The translations under genes and the position numbers were made by a program. Below the pieces are notes generated by a model. That model saw nothing but the letters and a program-made list of their open reading frames with translations. It did not search any database and was not told where the DNA came from. A DNA stretch of 64,000 nt from Camelus ferus. Its lineage: Eukaryota. The DNA is taken from the NCBI RefSeq assembly GCF_009834535.1, contig NC_045697.1:29390001-29454000 (forward strand), given 5' to 3'. Positions 26,520 through 38,990 of the stretch are shown here, in pieces (position 1 is the first letter of the stretch; each line of letters begins with the position of its first letter).

Positions 26520-27190
26520 CCCTTCCAGTTCAATCTCCACAATCAACTTCCCCTCATCCCCTCTGCCACTACTTGATCTTTTCTGGACCAGGACTTGCTA
26601 ACTGGTCCCCCAGTTTCCACCTCAGATCCCGACATCAATGTCCCTTAACAGCATTCACTAAGATCTTGCTTTATGAAATAACTTAGATCATGGCACGCCT
26701 CTGGTTACCACCCTTCAGAGACTTCTCACGGAATTAAAAAGAAAACCTGAACCTTCCACCATAACCAAAAGCCCTGCATGATCTCGTTTCCCTCCACCAC
26801 CCCGGTCCCCAACTTCCTCTTCCACCCCAGCACACATCACTGGCCTCCTTGCTCCCAGCTCCAGCCACGCTGGCCTTTGCCTTGCATCCTTGAACATGCT
26901 GAGCACCCCTCATCCCCCGACCTTCCCTGTTCCTCCTGGCTTCTCCTCAGCCTTCAAGCTCAGCTCAAATGACACCTCCTAGGATTGGCCGCCTCTTGGT
27001 GTCCCCTTTCCCCAGAGGTACTCTCTCTGCTGCATGGTGCTGTTGACCTCACAGGATTTATCATAATCTATCGTATCCTGCTTCCTGAATCAGTTTTCCA
27101 GTTTATCTCCTGCCTCTCTGAACCCTGTCTCATTCCTGCATGTACCTCACGAGATGCCTGACACACAGATGTTCTACATCTGCTGAACAG
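26520..27190 (+). mobile_element. L2 LINE fragment
   Basis: Pyrimidine-rich L2 motifs (ccagccacgctggcctt, cagctcaaatgacacctcct). Confidence 0.6.
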
Positions 27191-29339
27191 AAAATTAATC
27201 TGTAGACTATAAATGCCAAGTAACGTGATAATCATAGTTAAACCCTAAAAACAGAAAATGAAATATTTCACCTGCACTCATTCATCTGCCCATCCAACAA
27301 TTCAATTATTTATGGAGAGCATCCTATGCCAGGTACTATGTTAAGTATAGAGGAATTCAAAGGGCTAAAACTTTCTTTAAAATGTTACATTTGAGCACTT
27401 GAAAAGAACAAATTACACTACTATTTAGTATGTTTTCATGTGACCCTAGGGATTTGTGGAAAAGTCTGAAAACCCAACAAGTAAGAAATGACACATCATC
27501 AGTTGACTACCCCCAATCCATGAGAAGTAGAGAGTGCACAACAGGGGTTTTCCAACTGTGTTCCAGGTCTCTCAACCTAGAGGTCACCTCTTGACACCTG
27601 GGAGACTGGGGACAGATGTAAAGTTTTGCTCAGTCGGTGGAAGAGAATGAAATTCATTTCCCTGAGGGGCTATTCAAGATGAAAGCCATGGAGATGAGCC
27701 TAGGAGATGGCAGGAATGATAGTTTTTGAAACAGACCGGAATCCAAAAAACAATGCCACTGTTCAAGCTCTTTTAGAACTCAGCTTCTGGCCCTCCTTGC
27801 AGTCCCAGACTCCTCTGAGAGGTATCCATGATCAAGGCAAGCAGATTCGAGAAGACTGAGCCCAGCGCAGTGCCCCGCTGGTCTGGTACCTACAGCCCTG
27901 GGTGCAGCTGACCTCCAGGGCAGCAGCCAGCAGCCACACCCTCTTGGCTCAGCTCAGGGTCATCCGCACTGCTTCCCAGGAATGCTCCCGTTCAGAAGAC
28001 CTGAAATGGGCCCTATGCCAGCACAGTGTGAGCTCTAAGAAAGCAAGAAGTTACTTGTATTTACCACTTCATCATTAGTGCCAACGCCAAGCACACAGCA
28101 GTGTTCAATAAATGCTTGTTAAATAAACTATCCCCATTGCTCAAAAGCCAGGACTTGCTAGAATGACAGAAAAACTCATAAACAAACCAGCAGCTCTCAG
28201 AAGGGTGAGGTTCCTGACCAGACCAGCACATACCCCACACCTTCACTCTGAGCCAAGAGCAACAGCAGCTTCTTTGACAATAATGCCTGAAGCCTTGTGG
28301 AAAGTCTTTCCCCTATTACACTTTTTATGCAAATTTCACTTTGGACAACACAGCCACAGATAACTTCCAAAATTATAGGTGAAATTTACAAATACAGATT
28401 TAGGGCTGTTCTCACAATACATTATGCTTCTAACTTCTTGGGAAAGGCCTCAGGACACCTTTGTCCTGAAAAGCTTCATAAAGCAAATAATAACTCAAAA
28501 GCAGTAGCAAAGATCTGAACTTTAGGGAGAAAACTTAAAAACTGTTTTTGTGTCAAAGTAAGGCTGGAGGAAGGACTGATCACTCAATGGTCTAAGAAAA
28601 CTGGAAAGAGAACACGAGGAAAGTAGGCGAAATCCACCATTCATGACACAAGTCAAAGCCAGGCTGCAGCTGATGTTATAAAAAGAAAGAAAAGACTAAT
28701 AGGATTTCCTCCTCCCCCGCCTCCTCCTACCCAACACAGTAATGAAGATTCACAGCTAACGTATTAATTAGGGAATCAATAGACGTGCTCAGATACAGTA
28801 TTGGTACAGGAAAACAGATAATAGATAGAAAAGACACGGATAGCCTGAAGATCCAGTCAAGTGTTGTGTGCAATATTTAAATCATATTTTTCTTAAAAAA
28901 CAAAACAAAAACCTACTTCAGGGCCAAGAGCAAGCACGTGATAAGTTGGCTGCTTTTCTACATTTTGAGAATTTGAGACATTTTCTCAAATGGAAGTCAC
29001 ACCAATGTTGTTGTCCTATAACCAAAATTTTTGGAACTGCAGTCTTTCTACACCAAACATACTGCTTTTAATTCAAAAATCAATTACCAAATCCTGCGAT
29101 ATTTTTCACTCCTAATACCGACAAAAAGACATACATGGGGATTCATCATAGGGCACGTGCGATGAATGCACTCACTGACTCAATCATAACACTGGGCTCA
29201 ACAGAAATGACCAGCGCAGACCATCCACTGAACAGCTTCCTGCCACGCTGGTAAACTGGATCAAAAGACTCCTCTACCTTCCCCGCATTTCATACAATCC
29301 TCACCCTTCCCTCCAGCAAAATCGAAAGACCCCTCCTCA

Positions 29340-29800
29340 GCCCTCCTGGCCGCCCCCAGCTAAGCGCGGACTCTGAGGAAGGGAGGGCGCAGCCTTTGTC
29401 CCACGGGCCGCCCGGGCGCGAGCTCGGCCGCCGACCCCGCTGGTTACCTCCGCGCGCACCTGCAGACAAAGGCGCGCCGCCCGCTCCCCACGTCCCTCAC
29501 CTCGGCCTCCGGGCGGCCCTGGGTGAGGATGCCGCTCGCGCTCGGGGCCGAGACCGGAGTGCGGGCACCAGCCACCCCGGAGGAGTCGCTCACACCAGCA
29601 GCGGTGCGTCCCTTCCGTCTCAAGTTGAAGCGGGTGCCATCCGCGCCTCCCCGCGCCCGGCCCGCCCGCCGCCGTCCATTGGCTGCCGGGGAGGCACGTG
29701 GGCCGCCGCCCCGCCCGCCGCCCGCCAGGTGCCCCCGCCAGGTGCTCCCAGCCACCGGGACCCGGCCTCAGAACCTGTAGAGAGGGGCGGAGTACCCCCA
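29340..29800 (-). promoter_or_regulatory. APBB2: Intragenic CpG island, probable alternative APBB2 promoter and non-coding first exon
   Basis: Very GC- and CpG-dense against CpG-poor flanks. Minus-strand CCAAT at 29678-29682, CACGTG at 29695-29700, GC boxes at 29709-29716 and 29784-29793. Minus-strand donors GAG|gtgagg (29501/29500) and GAG|gtaacc (29448/29447). Confidence 0.75.
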
Positions 29801-31149
29801 TCCCAGCATACTCCCATTCTAGGACTAATATTTCCCTTTTTGGACTCCCAGGACCTGGAAAATTCATTCTAATCCCAATGAACCTCTAAAAAGTTAACAT
29901 CCCTGGCCTGGGGTTCTGGTTTCTCACACGACCTGCCTGATCTGTGCCAGGGAGATGGGGTGAGAGAGGGGGCGTACTGCAACCCACAGCCAGAACGCCT
30001 CCCCGATACCACAACAAAGCAGAAACAAACTGTAGCTTGCTCAGTCAGGCATCAAGTTTTGAACTAAGCTGAAATGTATTTTTTACAGATTCCCTACCAA
30101 TTTACACGGAACACTTAATACTGGCTCACTCTTCCACACCTTCCCCATCTCCGTCTCTCTTAAGTCACCTTTTATTTACTGCTGACTTAGCCAAGATGAC
30201 ACTGGCACCACAACGTTGTCATCTCTAGCTAAGAGCCCGCCCCCTGCCCCACCATATACATGGAAGCACAAGAGCGTCCCGCTAGCTAAGTGACAGCATT
30301 TCAAACAAGAGTGCTGGCCAGCTACTGGCCACAATAGTTTTGAAAGTAAAATCCAGTCTCTTACTGACTATATCCTGTGTATACTGAAAGTATTTCCTAT
30401 TTCTAATTGTTTCTGGGCAAGAATAAGTTAATATGATTGAGTGATTACAAAATGAAACAGGCAGGGGACATCAGACATGTTTTCTGCCAAAATCGAAGTT
30501 CAGTACACTCCTTTCATAGAGGAAGGAACAGAAAATACAAAATACACATGCAAAATCAAGGGACTAGGTAACTACTAAAAGGCCTTGTCTGGGTTTAGTA
30601 AAACACACCACAGGTGTCCTGGAAGCTCTTTTTAATGTTCCTGTTTTAAAAGAGGCTTAAATATCTCACTCATTCAACATTTATTAAGCTCCTCCTAAGT
30701 GCCAGGCTCTGTGCTGACAACTCCATATTGGGCTTTTCTGGTTAACGATTGTCTTTCGAGGGAGGCGTGATTTAATTCCTGGTGTACTTAATCTATGACC
30801 GGTAATACCTCAGTTATTCAGAAGAGTTGTTTACAGTGAAGTGCTTGGCAACCACAATTGTTTGGCAGACACCTTCAACTAGAAGTGAGAGTGGGTTTGA
30901 GTCTTGGGGTTCAGCAGTCAGAATAGGTATTACCAACTCTGGAGACATGAACCGACTTCCCAGGATTGCACCTGTCACTCCTTCAAAGGCTGCCCTTCCT
31001 TCCTTACACGTAATTTCTAGTAGTCTGGTTATCTGAGTCTCTGCCTATAGCCAAGTGGAAGCAACAAATCAGATGGGGCTGCCAGATGCCCACAGCACAG
31101 TGTGACAGCCAAGGGTCTGCTGGCAGGAAAGTCATGCCTGACAAGACCT

Positions 31150-31760
31150 GCCAACTCTACCTCCTACTGCTCTCCAAACGTGCCCCCTCTCGCCTGCTCC
31201 CCTGCTACCACCTAGCTCCAGCCACCATCTTCTCCCATCGGGATGGTCACAGTAGTCTTCTAACAGTCTCTAAGTGTTTACTCTTGTACCCAACTGGCTA
31301 TTCTCACAGCAGCCACACAAGTGACCCTTTTAAAAATAAATCACAAATCCAAGCATCCACGATCCTGCTTTAAACCTCTACAATGGTATCCCACTGATTG
31401 AAGACAAAGTCTATAATCATTCGCAGGGTGTCTGAGGCCACCTGGGATCTGGTCCCTATTTTCTCTCTAGTTAATGCTGCAACCACATCCCTCCTTTTTC
31501 TGTCTGCTCCAGTCTCATCTCCTCCCAATTTCTGGACCACATTCAGCTACTTCCCAACTCAAGGCCTTTGCACCAACTGCCTCCTCCTCCTGGAATGCTC
31601 TTCACTGCACCACTCACTGGGCTAATCTCTCTCATCCTTCAGGTTCCAGGCCACTGCCTTGGGAAAAACTTCCCCACTGACAGAACTGCCCACCTCACAA
31701 CCCTAAGCATCTGGACTCTTTCTGCATAGTCCTCATCTTCTTCACTTTATGGTGAGTTTT
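31150..31760 (+). mobile_element. L2 LINE fragment, resuming at ~32378-32440 after an LTR insertion
   Basis: L2 motifs (ccagccaccatcttctccca, ctgctttaaacctctacaatgg, cctggaatgctctt). Confidence 0.6.
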
Positions 31761-31790
31761 ATAAACTTATAGTAGTGTCTGGTTTTGTTC

Positions 31791-32375
31791 CTGTAAAGAA
31801 TTCAGCTTTGGCCAAAGAGAGGTCTTGCCTTTGCCCTTGGCTTCTGGGAGGAAATCCGTAAGGGCATGGAATGTCACACCTGATGTGAGTGTTTTTGTTT
31901 TCCTGGGGGTCTTGGGTCACACCAGACAATCTAACAATGTGATTTAGGGTAGGGGCTTTGGGTCATTCAGCATCAATTCCACCTCTGAAGGAGCTCAGCC
32001 AGGAGGGTGGTCAGCCATGTCTATGTGATGGAGCCCCAATAAAAATTCTGGACACCAAGGCTTGGATGGGCTTCCCTGGTTGGAGACACTCTATGCGCAC
32101 TGTCACACATCAGTGCTGGGAAAGCTATGCGGTCCAGACTCCACGGGGAGAGGACCATAGAAGCTCTGTGTATGGATCTCTCCAGGACTCTGCCCTATGT
32201 ACCTCTTCTCTTGGCTAAGTTTAATCTGTATCCTTTGGCTGTTAAAAAAAAAAAAAAAACAAAAAACCAACAAAACAAAGCAAAGCAAACCCCATAACTG
32301 TGAGTATATAACTTGCAGTGATTTCCTGTGAATCCTTGCAGCAGATTATGAAATCTAAAAGTGATTTTGTTCCCC
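31791..32375 (+). mobile_element. ERV solo LTR (MER21-like)
   Basis: gagccccaataaaaattctggacaccaaggctt..gggcttccctggttgg and ctttggctgtt...ccataactgtgagtata motifs. A-rich expansion at 32243-32290. Confidence 0.75.
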
Positions 32376-34137
32376 ACTGTATGTTCAGCAGCAAGCACAT
32401 TCCCTGACACACAGTAAGTGCTAAATACCTTTAATAGTAATCAAATTTAATAAATCAATATTTTTATGGGTACTTTTAAAATGAGCATGTAATTGGCATG
32501 TAATGCCTTTATAATTTAAGGCATAAATGTCCATTTTGCCAACTCCTACTTTGGAGTCAAGGTCCAGATCAAAAGTCACCTCTTCCCTGAAGCCTCTCCC
32601 TATTCCCCAGGGCCCACCATTCTTGCCTCTGTGTTTTCTGACCTCTCTCTTCCTTAAGAGCAATCAGTGGTACCGAAATGTCTTATTTTTGTGAAGGACT
32701 TATGTTAGATCAACTCTGAATCCCTAGCATTGGGCATGGTGCTTACCCAGAGCAGGTATACAAAAGGTGTTTGTAGAATGAAGGCAATTTTTAAAAAAGG
32801 GTTTGGTTTATTGAAGGATAGGTTCAGTTATCTGAAATTATGGTGCATATTTCAGCTCATTCCCTGAAAAATAAAGTAGCTATTACTGTAGTAACTGAGT
32901 TTATAATGGTGTTCTACTCTATTATTTTCTTTTTTCCTTTCTAAAAATAAAAATGTTCCTCAAAATTAGTATCCATATTAAAAACCTGACATGCCTTAAA
33001 TAAAAATATGGAAGCAGATCACCAAACTTTTAAAAGTCATCTGACTCCCTAATTAGAATGAAATATTACAGTTTATTTACATAATACATTAAGAAAATTT
33101 AAAAAAATCCAACCATTAATCTTACTCTCCTCTGTACAAACCTAATTGAAAATTCAAAGAGCACACCAGTAAGTTATGGTGTCTGCAAGTAGCATAGAAA
33201 AATCAATTTTATTTCCTTCAGACCTGCATTTAAACTGGATAATAACTGCTATAATGTGCAACAGCTATAATCCAATTTCAATTTGTTTGATTAGATGAGT
33301 ATAAACATTAAACAAAAAAGTCACGGGATTGTCATAACAACGTTCAGACTGTTAACTCATTATAGAACAAGGCATTTTAATTTCCTCCTAGACACCATGC
33401 AGCTAGAAAACATATAAATATGGATTTGAACAATCCTTAAATACCATCCACAAAGATCCTTACATCGCGTCACCCAAAGATAAAAGCAGCTTTGAACTTG
33501 GGGTCCACGTGGAACTCTTCCCTGAGTTTAGTATGAGGAAAGCTCCAAATGACTCCCTGGACATTTGAGACTGTATTTAAATATCCCTTCATATCACAAC
33601 GCATAATCACCAAGGATATCAAAGCAGCACCTCAGTCAGTGGTTCTCACATTACAATGTGCATAAGAATTGTTGAAATGAAGATGCCTGGGCTCACTCGA
33701 AAAGTATGACTCACAGGGTCTGGAGTGACCCCTTGCTCTTACCATATAGGCACCCAAAGGATTCAGAGGCAGGTGGCCCATGGGCTGTACATTGAGAAAC
33801 TTTTTCAAGAGTAGGGGATTGGAACACTGTGTGGGTGAAGGAAGTCAAGAGACACAAAGACAATGGACAATGTGATGCTGTAACTCATTCTGTGTCCCCG
33901 CTAGACTGAGCTCCTGGGAGCTCAGTCATGCTGGTTTCAGGTTTGTGTCTCTCGTGCCCAGGTCAGCACCGAGCACTTACTGAGTTCCGTTTATTTGTAG
34001 TGAAGTGGCATGTACCCACTCTCACCGACGTGGACAGCAAGCAAATTCACCAGGGGTGCATTTCGGAGGGTCACACATGATCCTCACAAGGTTATCAACA
34101 GAGCAGGTGGGATGTCTGGGGAGGACCTTAACCTAGA

Positions 34138-34290
34138 TCAGTGCCTTTCAAACTTCAATGTGCAAATACACTGCTGAGGAGCTGTGAAAATGCTGATTCT
34201 GATTCAGTAGGTTTGGGGTGGGGCCTGCATTTCTGAGAAGCTCCTGAGTGACGCTGATGCTCTAGTCCAAAGACTCCACTCTGAGTGGCA
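34138..34290. mobile_element. MER5-type hAT MITE
   Basis: ctgattctgattcagtaggtttggggtggggcctgcatttct. Confidence 0.7.
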
Positions 34291-35359
34291 AGAACTCACA
34301 TGTAAATTAGCCAAACAATGACCACAATGACAAATAAACAGCAAAAAAGGATGAAAGCTCAGACCTACAATGAACCTGGGGAATGAAAGCCAGGGAATTG
34401 TGGACCAAGAGCAATCCTTCTCAACTTATTTTTAAAGAATGTGTACTTGATGGCTGCTCTTGGAGGAATCCATAATACGCATTTGTAAAAGAAAACCTCC
34501 ACTGCCCCACAAAACATCGGATACAGCAGCAGCTTTGCTTGCACTCACATAAAGGTGAGACCTTTATTCTAAAAGACCTCCAGGTTTTACTATAGTATCT
34601 CTTTTAACTCAGCTCTAATGAAAATTTTAGGGGGAAAAAATTCTCCTGCTCAATGGCCTGGAGTCTTCCTGTTCTGCTCTATAAAATGCAAAGGCTATTT
34701 ATAATAAAAGTGCACAACAAAAATCTTTGTAAGTGGAAGACAATTCCAAGGCCTCGGTAGGGAGCGCAGCTCATTTTCTTTATGCAATATTCAGCAGACA
34801 GAACCTCCCACCAGACCGAAGACAGTGGGCAACTCCCTGGCACTCAATGTACTATAAAGAGACCCGATGTACCCCTTCTTCCCCCATCTCGCCGGAGAGT
34901 TCTCACGTCCCCCACTGCTAGGTGGTGGGAGGTGAGCACAAATCAGTCGTTACCCTCGATGATTCAGGATCCTAATAGAACCAGCATAGCACTCAATTCT
35001 TAAAATGCATCTGCTCAGCCATCTCCCTGCTCAGCCCCATGACTTGCTCTCTTCTGGGACACAGAACTGCAAGGCAGTACAAGGGCACAGAGAGCATGAG
35101 GATGAAGACACAGCCAGGCTGTCTTCATGCTCACTCAGGAGAGAAACTGGAAGGCCAAGGGAAATGCCTGCTTTCTGGCAATTTCCAAGATTAAAATTAG
35201 GGAAAAATCATGTTTGTGTTTCTGCATTAGAAACTCAACCTTAAATTGATACTAAATCCCACAGTTGGGAAGGTGGGGGCAGAGGTAAGAGGGTACAGGT
35301 CAGTAGAGTGAAGCCAAGAGAAGTTCTTTAAATAAATTTTATTTCCCTTCACCTTGAGC

Positions 35360-35470
35360 CCACCACTGGTCTGATTTCTATCTGTGTAATTTTGTCTTTT
35401 CCCAAATGTCATACAAGTGGAAATCATATCATACTTAGCTTTTGAATCTTGCTCCTTTCACTTAGCATAA
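35360..35470 (-). mobile_element. Old L1 3' UTR fragment, left half, interrupted by a younger L1
   Basis: Continues at 38390-38537 across the shared ACTTAGCATAA duplication. Confidence 0.65.
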
Positions 35471-36535
35471 GTTTTTTTTAGAATGGCTAAATTTTATTAT
35501 AAGGCCCAGCCTTTTTTCTTCCAGTTTTATTAAGATATAACTGACATACAGTACTGTATAAGTTTAAGGTGTATAGCATAATGATTTGATTACATGCATC
35601 ATGAAATGATTATCACATTAAGTTTAGTGACTATTCATCACCTCATATAGATACAAAATTAAAGAGATAGAAAAAATTTTTTTTCTTGTAATGTGAACTC
35701 AGGATTAATTCTCTTAACAACTTTCACATATGACACACAGCAGTGCTAATTATAATGATCATGTTGTACATTATATCCCTAGTACTTATTTATAACTTGA
35801 AGTTTGTACCTTTTGACTGTCTTCATCAGTTTCCCTCCTGACTCCCTCACGTCTGGTACCACAAATCTGATCTCTCTTTCTATGAGTTTGTTTGTTTTGA
35901 AGTATAACTGACTACAACACTGTTAGTTCCTGTTATACAACATAGTGATTTGTTATTTCTGTATCTTGCAAAATGATCACCGTAAGTCTAGTTATGGTAC
36001 GTCACCATACAAAGGTATTACTTAGTTATTGACTGTATTTCCTACACAGTGTATTTCATACTTGTGACATTTATTTTGCAAATGGAAGTTTGTACCTTTC
36101 ACTCTCCCTCACCTATTTCTTTCCTCTCCTGGCCCCTTTCTCCTCTGGCAACCGCCTGTTTGTTCTCTGTATCTGTAACTCTGTTTATTATGTTTGTTCA
36201 TTTGTTTTGCTTTTTAGATTCCATATGTAAGTAAAATCATACAGTATTTGTCTTTCTCTGTCTGACTTATCTCACTTAGCATCATACCCTCTAGGTACAG
36301 GTCGCAGATGGTAAGATTTCATTCTTTTTTATGACTACTATTGCATTGTATATATTTATATGTTCTACATCTTCTTTATCCATTCACCTATTGATATGGG
36401 CACTTAGATTGCTTTTATACTTAACTTCTATAAATAATGCTTCAATAAACATAGGGGTTTATTTCTCTTTTCTAATTAGTGTTTTCATTTTCTTTGGATA
36501 ATATCCAGGAGTGCAACTGCTGTACCATATGTTAG

Positions 36536-36573
<38 letters not shown>

Positions 36574-38389
36574 TTAGCTATTCTGGCAGGTGTGAAGTGA
36601 TATCTTACTGTGGTTTTGATTTGCATTTCCCTGATGATCAGTGATGTTGAGCACCTTTTCATGTGCCTGTTGTCCACCTGTACGTCTTTGGGAAAATGTC
36701 TATTCAGAATCTCTGCCCATTTTTTAAATGGGTTGCTTTTTTGATGTTGAGTTGTATAAATTCTTTGTATATTTTGGATATTAACCCCTTATCTGATATA
36801 TCATTTGCAAATGTCTTCTCCCATTCACCAGATAGCCTTTTCATTTTGTTGATAGTTTCCTTCACTGTGCAAAAGCTTTTTAGTTTGATATAGTCCCATT
36901 TATTTATTTTTGCTTTTGTTTCCCTGGCCTGAGAAGATGTATCCAAAAGACTATTACTAAGATGGATGTCAAAGAGCTTATTGCCTATCTTTCTTCCAGA
37001 AGTCTTACGGTTTAAAGTCTTACATTTAAGTCCTTAATCCATTTTGAATTTATTTTTGTATGTGGTGTGAGACAATAGTTTAGTAGCTGTTCTTGCAAAA
37101 GACTAACTCTTTTGCAAGTAGCTGTTCAGTTTTCCCAACACTGTTTACAGAAGAGGCTGTCTTTCCTTAATTGTATATTCTTGCCTCCTTTGTCACAAGT
37201 TAATTGCTCATATAAGTGTTCATTTCTGTGCTCTCTATTCTGTTCCATTGATCTGTCTGTTTTTGTGCCAGAAATGTTTTTATTACTGTAGCTTTGTAGT
37301 ATAGTTTGAAATCAGGGAGTGTGTTATCTCCAGCTTTGTTCTTCTTCCTCAAGATTGTTCTGGCTATTTGAGATTTTTTGTGTTTCCGTACATATTTTAG
37401 AATTATTTGTTCTATTCCTGTGAAAAATGCCATTTGTATTTTGATATGGATTGCACTGAATCTGTAGATTGCCTTGGGAAGTATGGTCATTTTAACAATA
37501 TTAGCTTTTCCAATCCATGAACATCATATATCTTTCCATCTGCTTGTGTCATCTTCAGTTTTCTTCCTCAGTGTCTTATAGTTTTCTGAGTACAGTTCTT
37601 TTACCTCGTTAGTCAAGTTTATTCCTAGGTATTTTATTCTTTTTGATGCAATTAGAAAGAGGATTGTTTTCTTAATTTCCTCTTTCTGATAGTATGTTAT
37701 TGTGTATAGAAACACAACAGATTTCTGTATACTAATTTTGTATCTTGCAACTTCATTGAATTCACTGACGAGTTCTAGTAGTTTCTTAATGGCGTCTTTA
37801 GGATTTTTAACATATAGTATCATGTCATCTGGAAACAGCTACAGTTTTACTTCTTCCTTTCAACATGGATTACTTTTATTTCTTTTTCTTGTCTCATTGC
37901 TATGGTTAGGAGTTCTAATATTATGTTGAAAAAAAGTGGCGAGAGTGGGCATCCTGTCTTGTTTATGATCTTAGAGGAAATGCTTTCAGCTTTTCACTGA
38001 TGTCAGCTGTGGGCCTGTCATTTGTAGCCTTTATTACGCTGAGGTATGTTCTCTCTATACTCACCATATTGAGAGGTTTTAAAAAATCATAAATGGATGT
38101 TGAATTTTGTCAAAAGCTTTTTCTGTATTGGTTGAGATGATCGTATAATTTTTATTCTTCTGTTTGTTCATGTGGAGCATCACAGATTGACTTGCAGGTA
38201 TTTAACCATCCTTGTATTCCTGGAATAAATCCCTCTTGCTCATGGTATATGATCTTTTTAATATACTGTTGAATTTGGTTTGCTAATATTTTGTTGAGGA
38301 TTTTTACATCTATGTTTATAAGTGATTTGCCCTGTAACTTTCTTCTTTAGTGATAACTTTTTCTGGTTTTGGTATTAGGGTGATGCTGG
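35471..38389 (-). mobile_element. 5'-truncated L1 (~2.9 kb) with degenerate ORF2 and 3' UTR
   Basis: ORFs 37524..37823, 37200..37490, 36704..36946 and 36459..36677 are ORF2 pieces ([47 protein letters not shown]). 11-bp target-site duplication ACTTAGCATAA at 35460-35470 and 38390-38400. Confidence 0.93.
36539..36567. repeat. (TG)n microsatellite within the L1
   Basis: Direct read. Confidence 0.9.
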
Positions 38390-38537
38390 ACTTAGCATAA
38401 TTGTTGAGTACATCAGTTGTTCACTCCTTTTTTATTGTGGAGAATTTCATGTATGGATATACCATAGTTGTTTATTCATTTACCAGTTGATAAGAGATTT
38501 GTGTTGTTTCCAGTTTGGGGCAATTATGCATAAGGAT
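38390..38537 (-). mobile_element. Old L1 fragment, right half of the interrupted element
   Basis: Reverse complement reads ttatgcataattgccccaaactggaaacaacacaaat, the L1 ORF2 end and 3' UTR. Confidence 0.7.
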
Positions 38538-38990
38538 AACAGTAAGAAAATAAATAATCCAATTTTTGAAATGGGCAAAAAATTTAGACAGACACTTCAC
38601 CAAAGAAGACATACGGTTTTCATAAGTATGCAAAAGATGCTCAATATCATTACTCATTAGGAAAATGCAGATTAAAACAACAAGTTACCACTTCACACGT
38701 TTTAGAATGCTAAAATAACAACAGAAACTCACAAAGAAACAAACAAAAACTTGGCAATCCCAAGTGCTGGTGGGGATACTGAGAAACTGGAACTCTCTTA
38801 TACTGCTGATGGGGATGCAAAATGGTACAGCTACTTCAACAAAGCAGTTTGGCAGTTTCTTATAAAGTTAAGCATACCATTACCATGCAACCCAGCAATC
38901 CCACTCCTAGGTATTTACCCAAAAGAAATGAAAATTTATCTTCTCACAAAAACCTGTATATGAATGTTTATAGCAACTTTATTCATGGTT
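38538..38990 (+). mobile_element. L1 ORF2 C-terminal fragment, inverted relative to the adjacent L1
   Basis: ORF 38751..38963 (WQFLIKL..P.NPAIPLLGIYPKEMK) and aaatgggcaaaaaatttagacagacacttcaccaaagaagac. Confidence 0.88.

Noticed and set aside
29448..29459. Possible 12-nt microexon (ctgcag|GTGCGCGCGGAG|gtaacc)
   Set aside because: The pyrimidine tract is very short, there is no branch point, and it is only 41 nt from the 29500 donor. It is better explained as an alternative donor of a first exon.
29337..29889. Several overlapping Arg/Pro/Gly-rich ORFs as an independent gene
   Set aside because: This is a typical CpG-island artefact of stop-codon scarcity.
35471..38990. L1 ORF2 fragments as an active or domesticated reverse transcriptase gene
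   Set aside because: Multiple stops, frameshifts and deletions, and the element is 5'-truncated.
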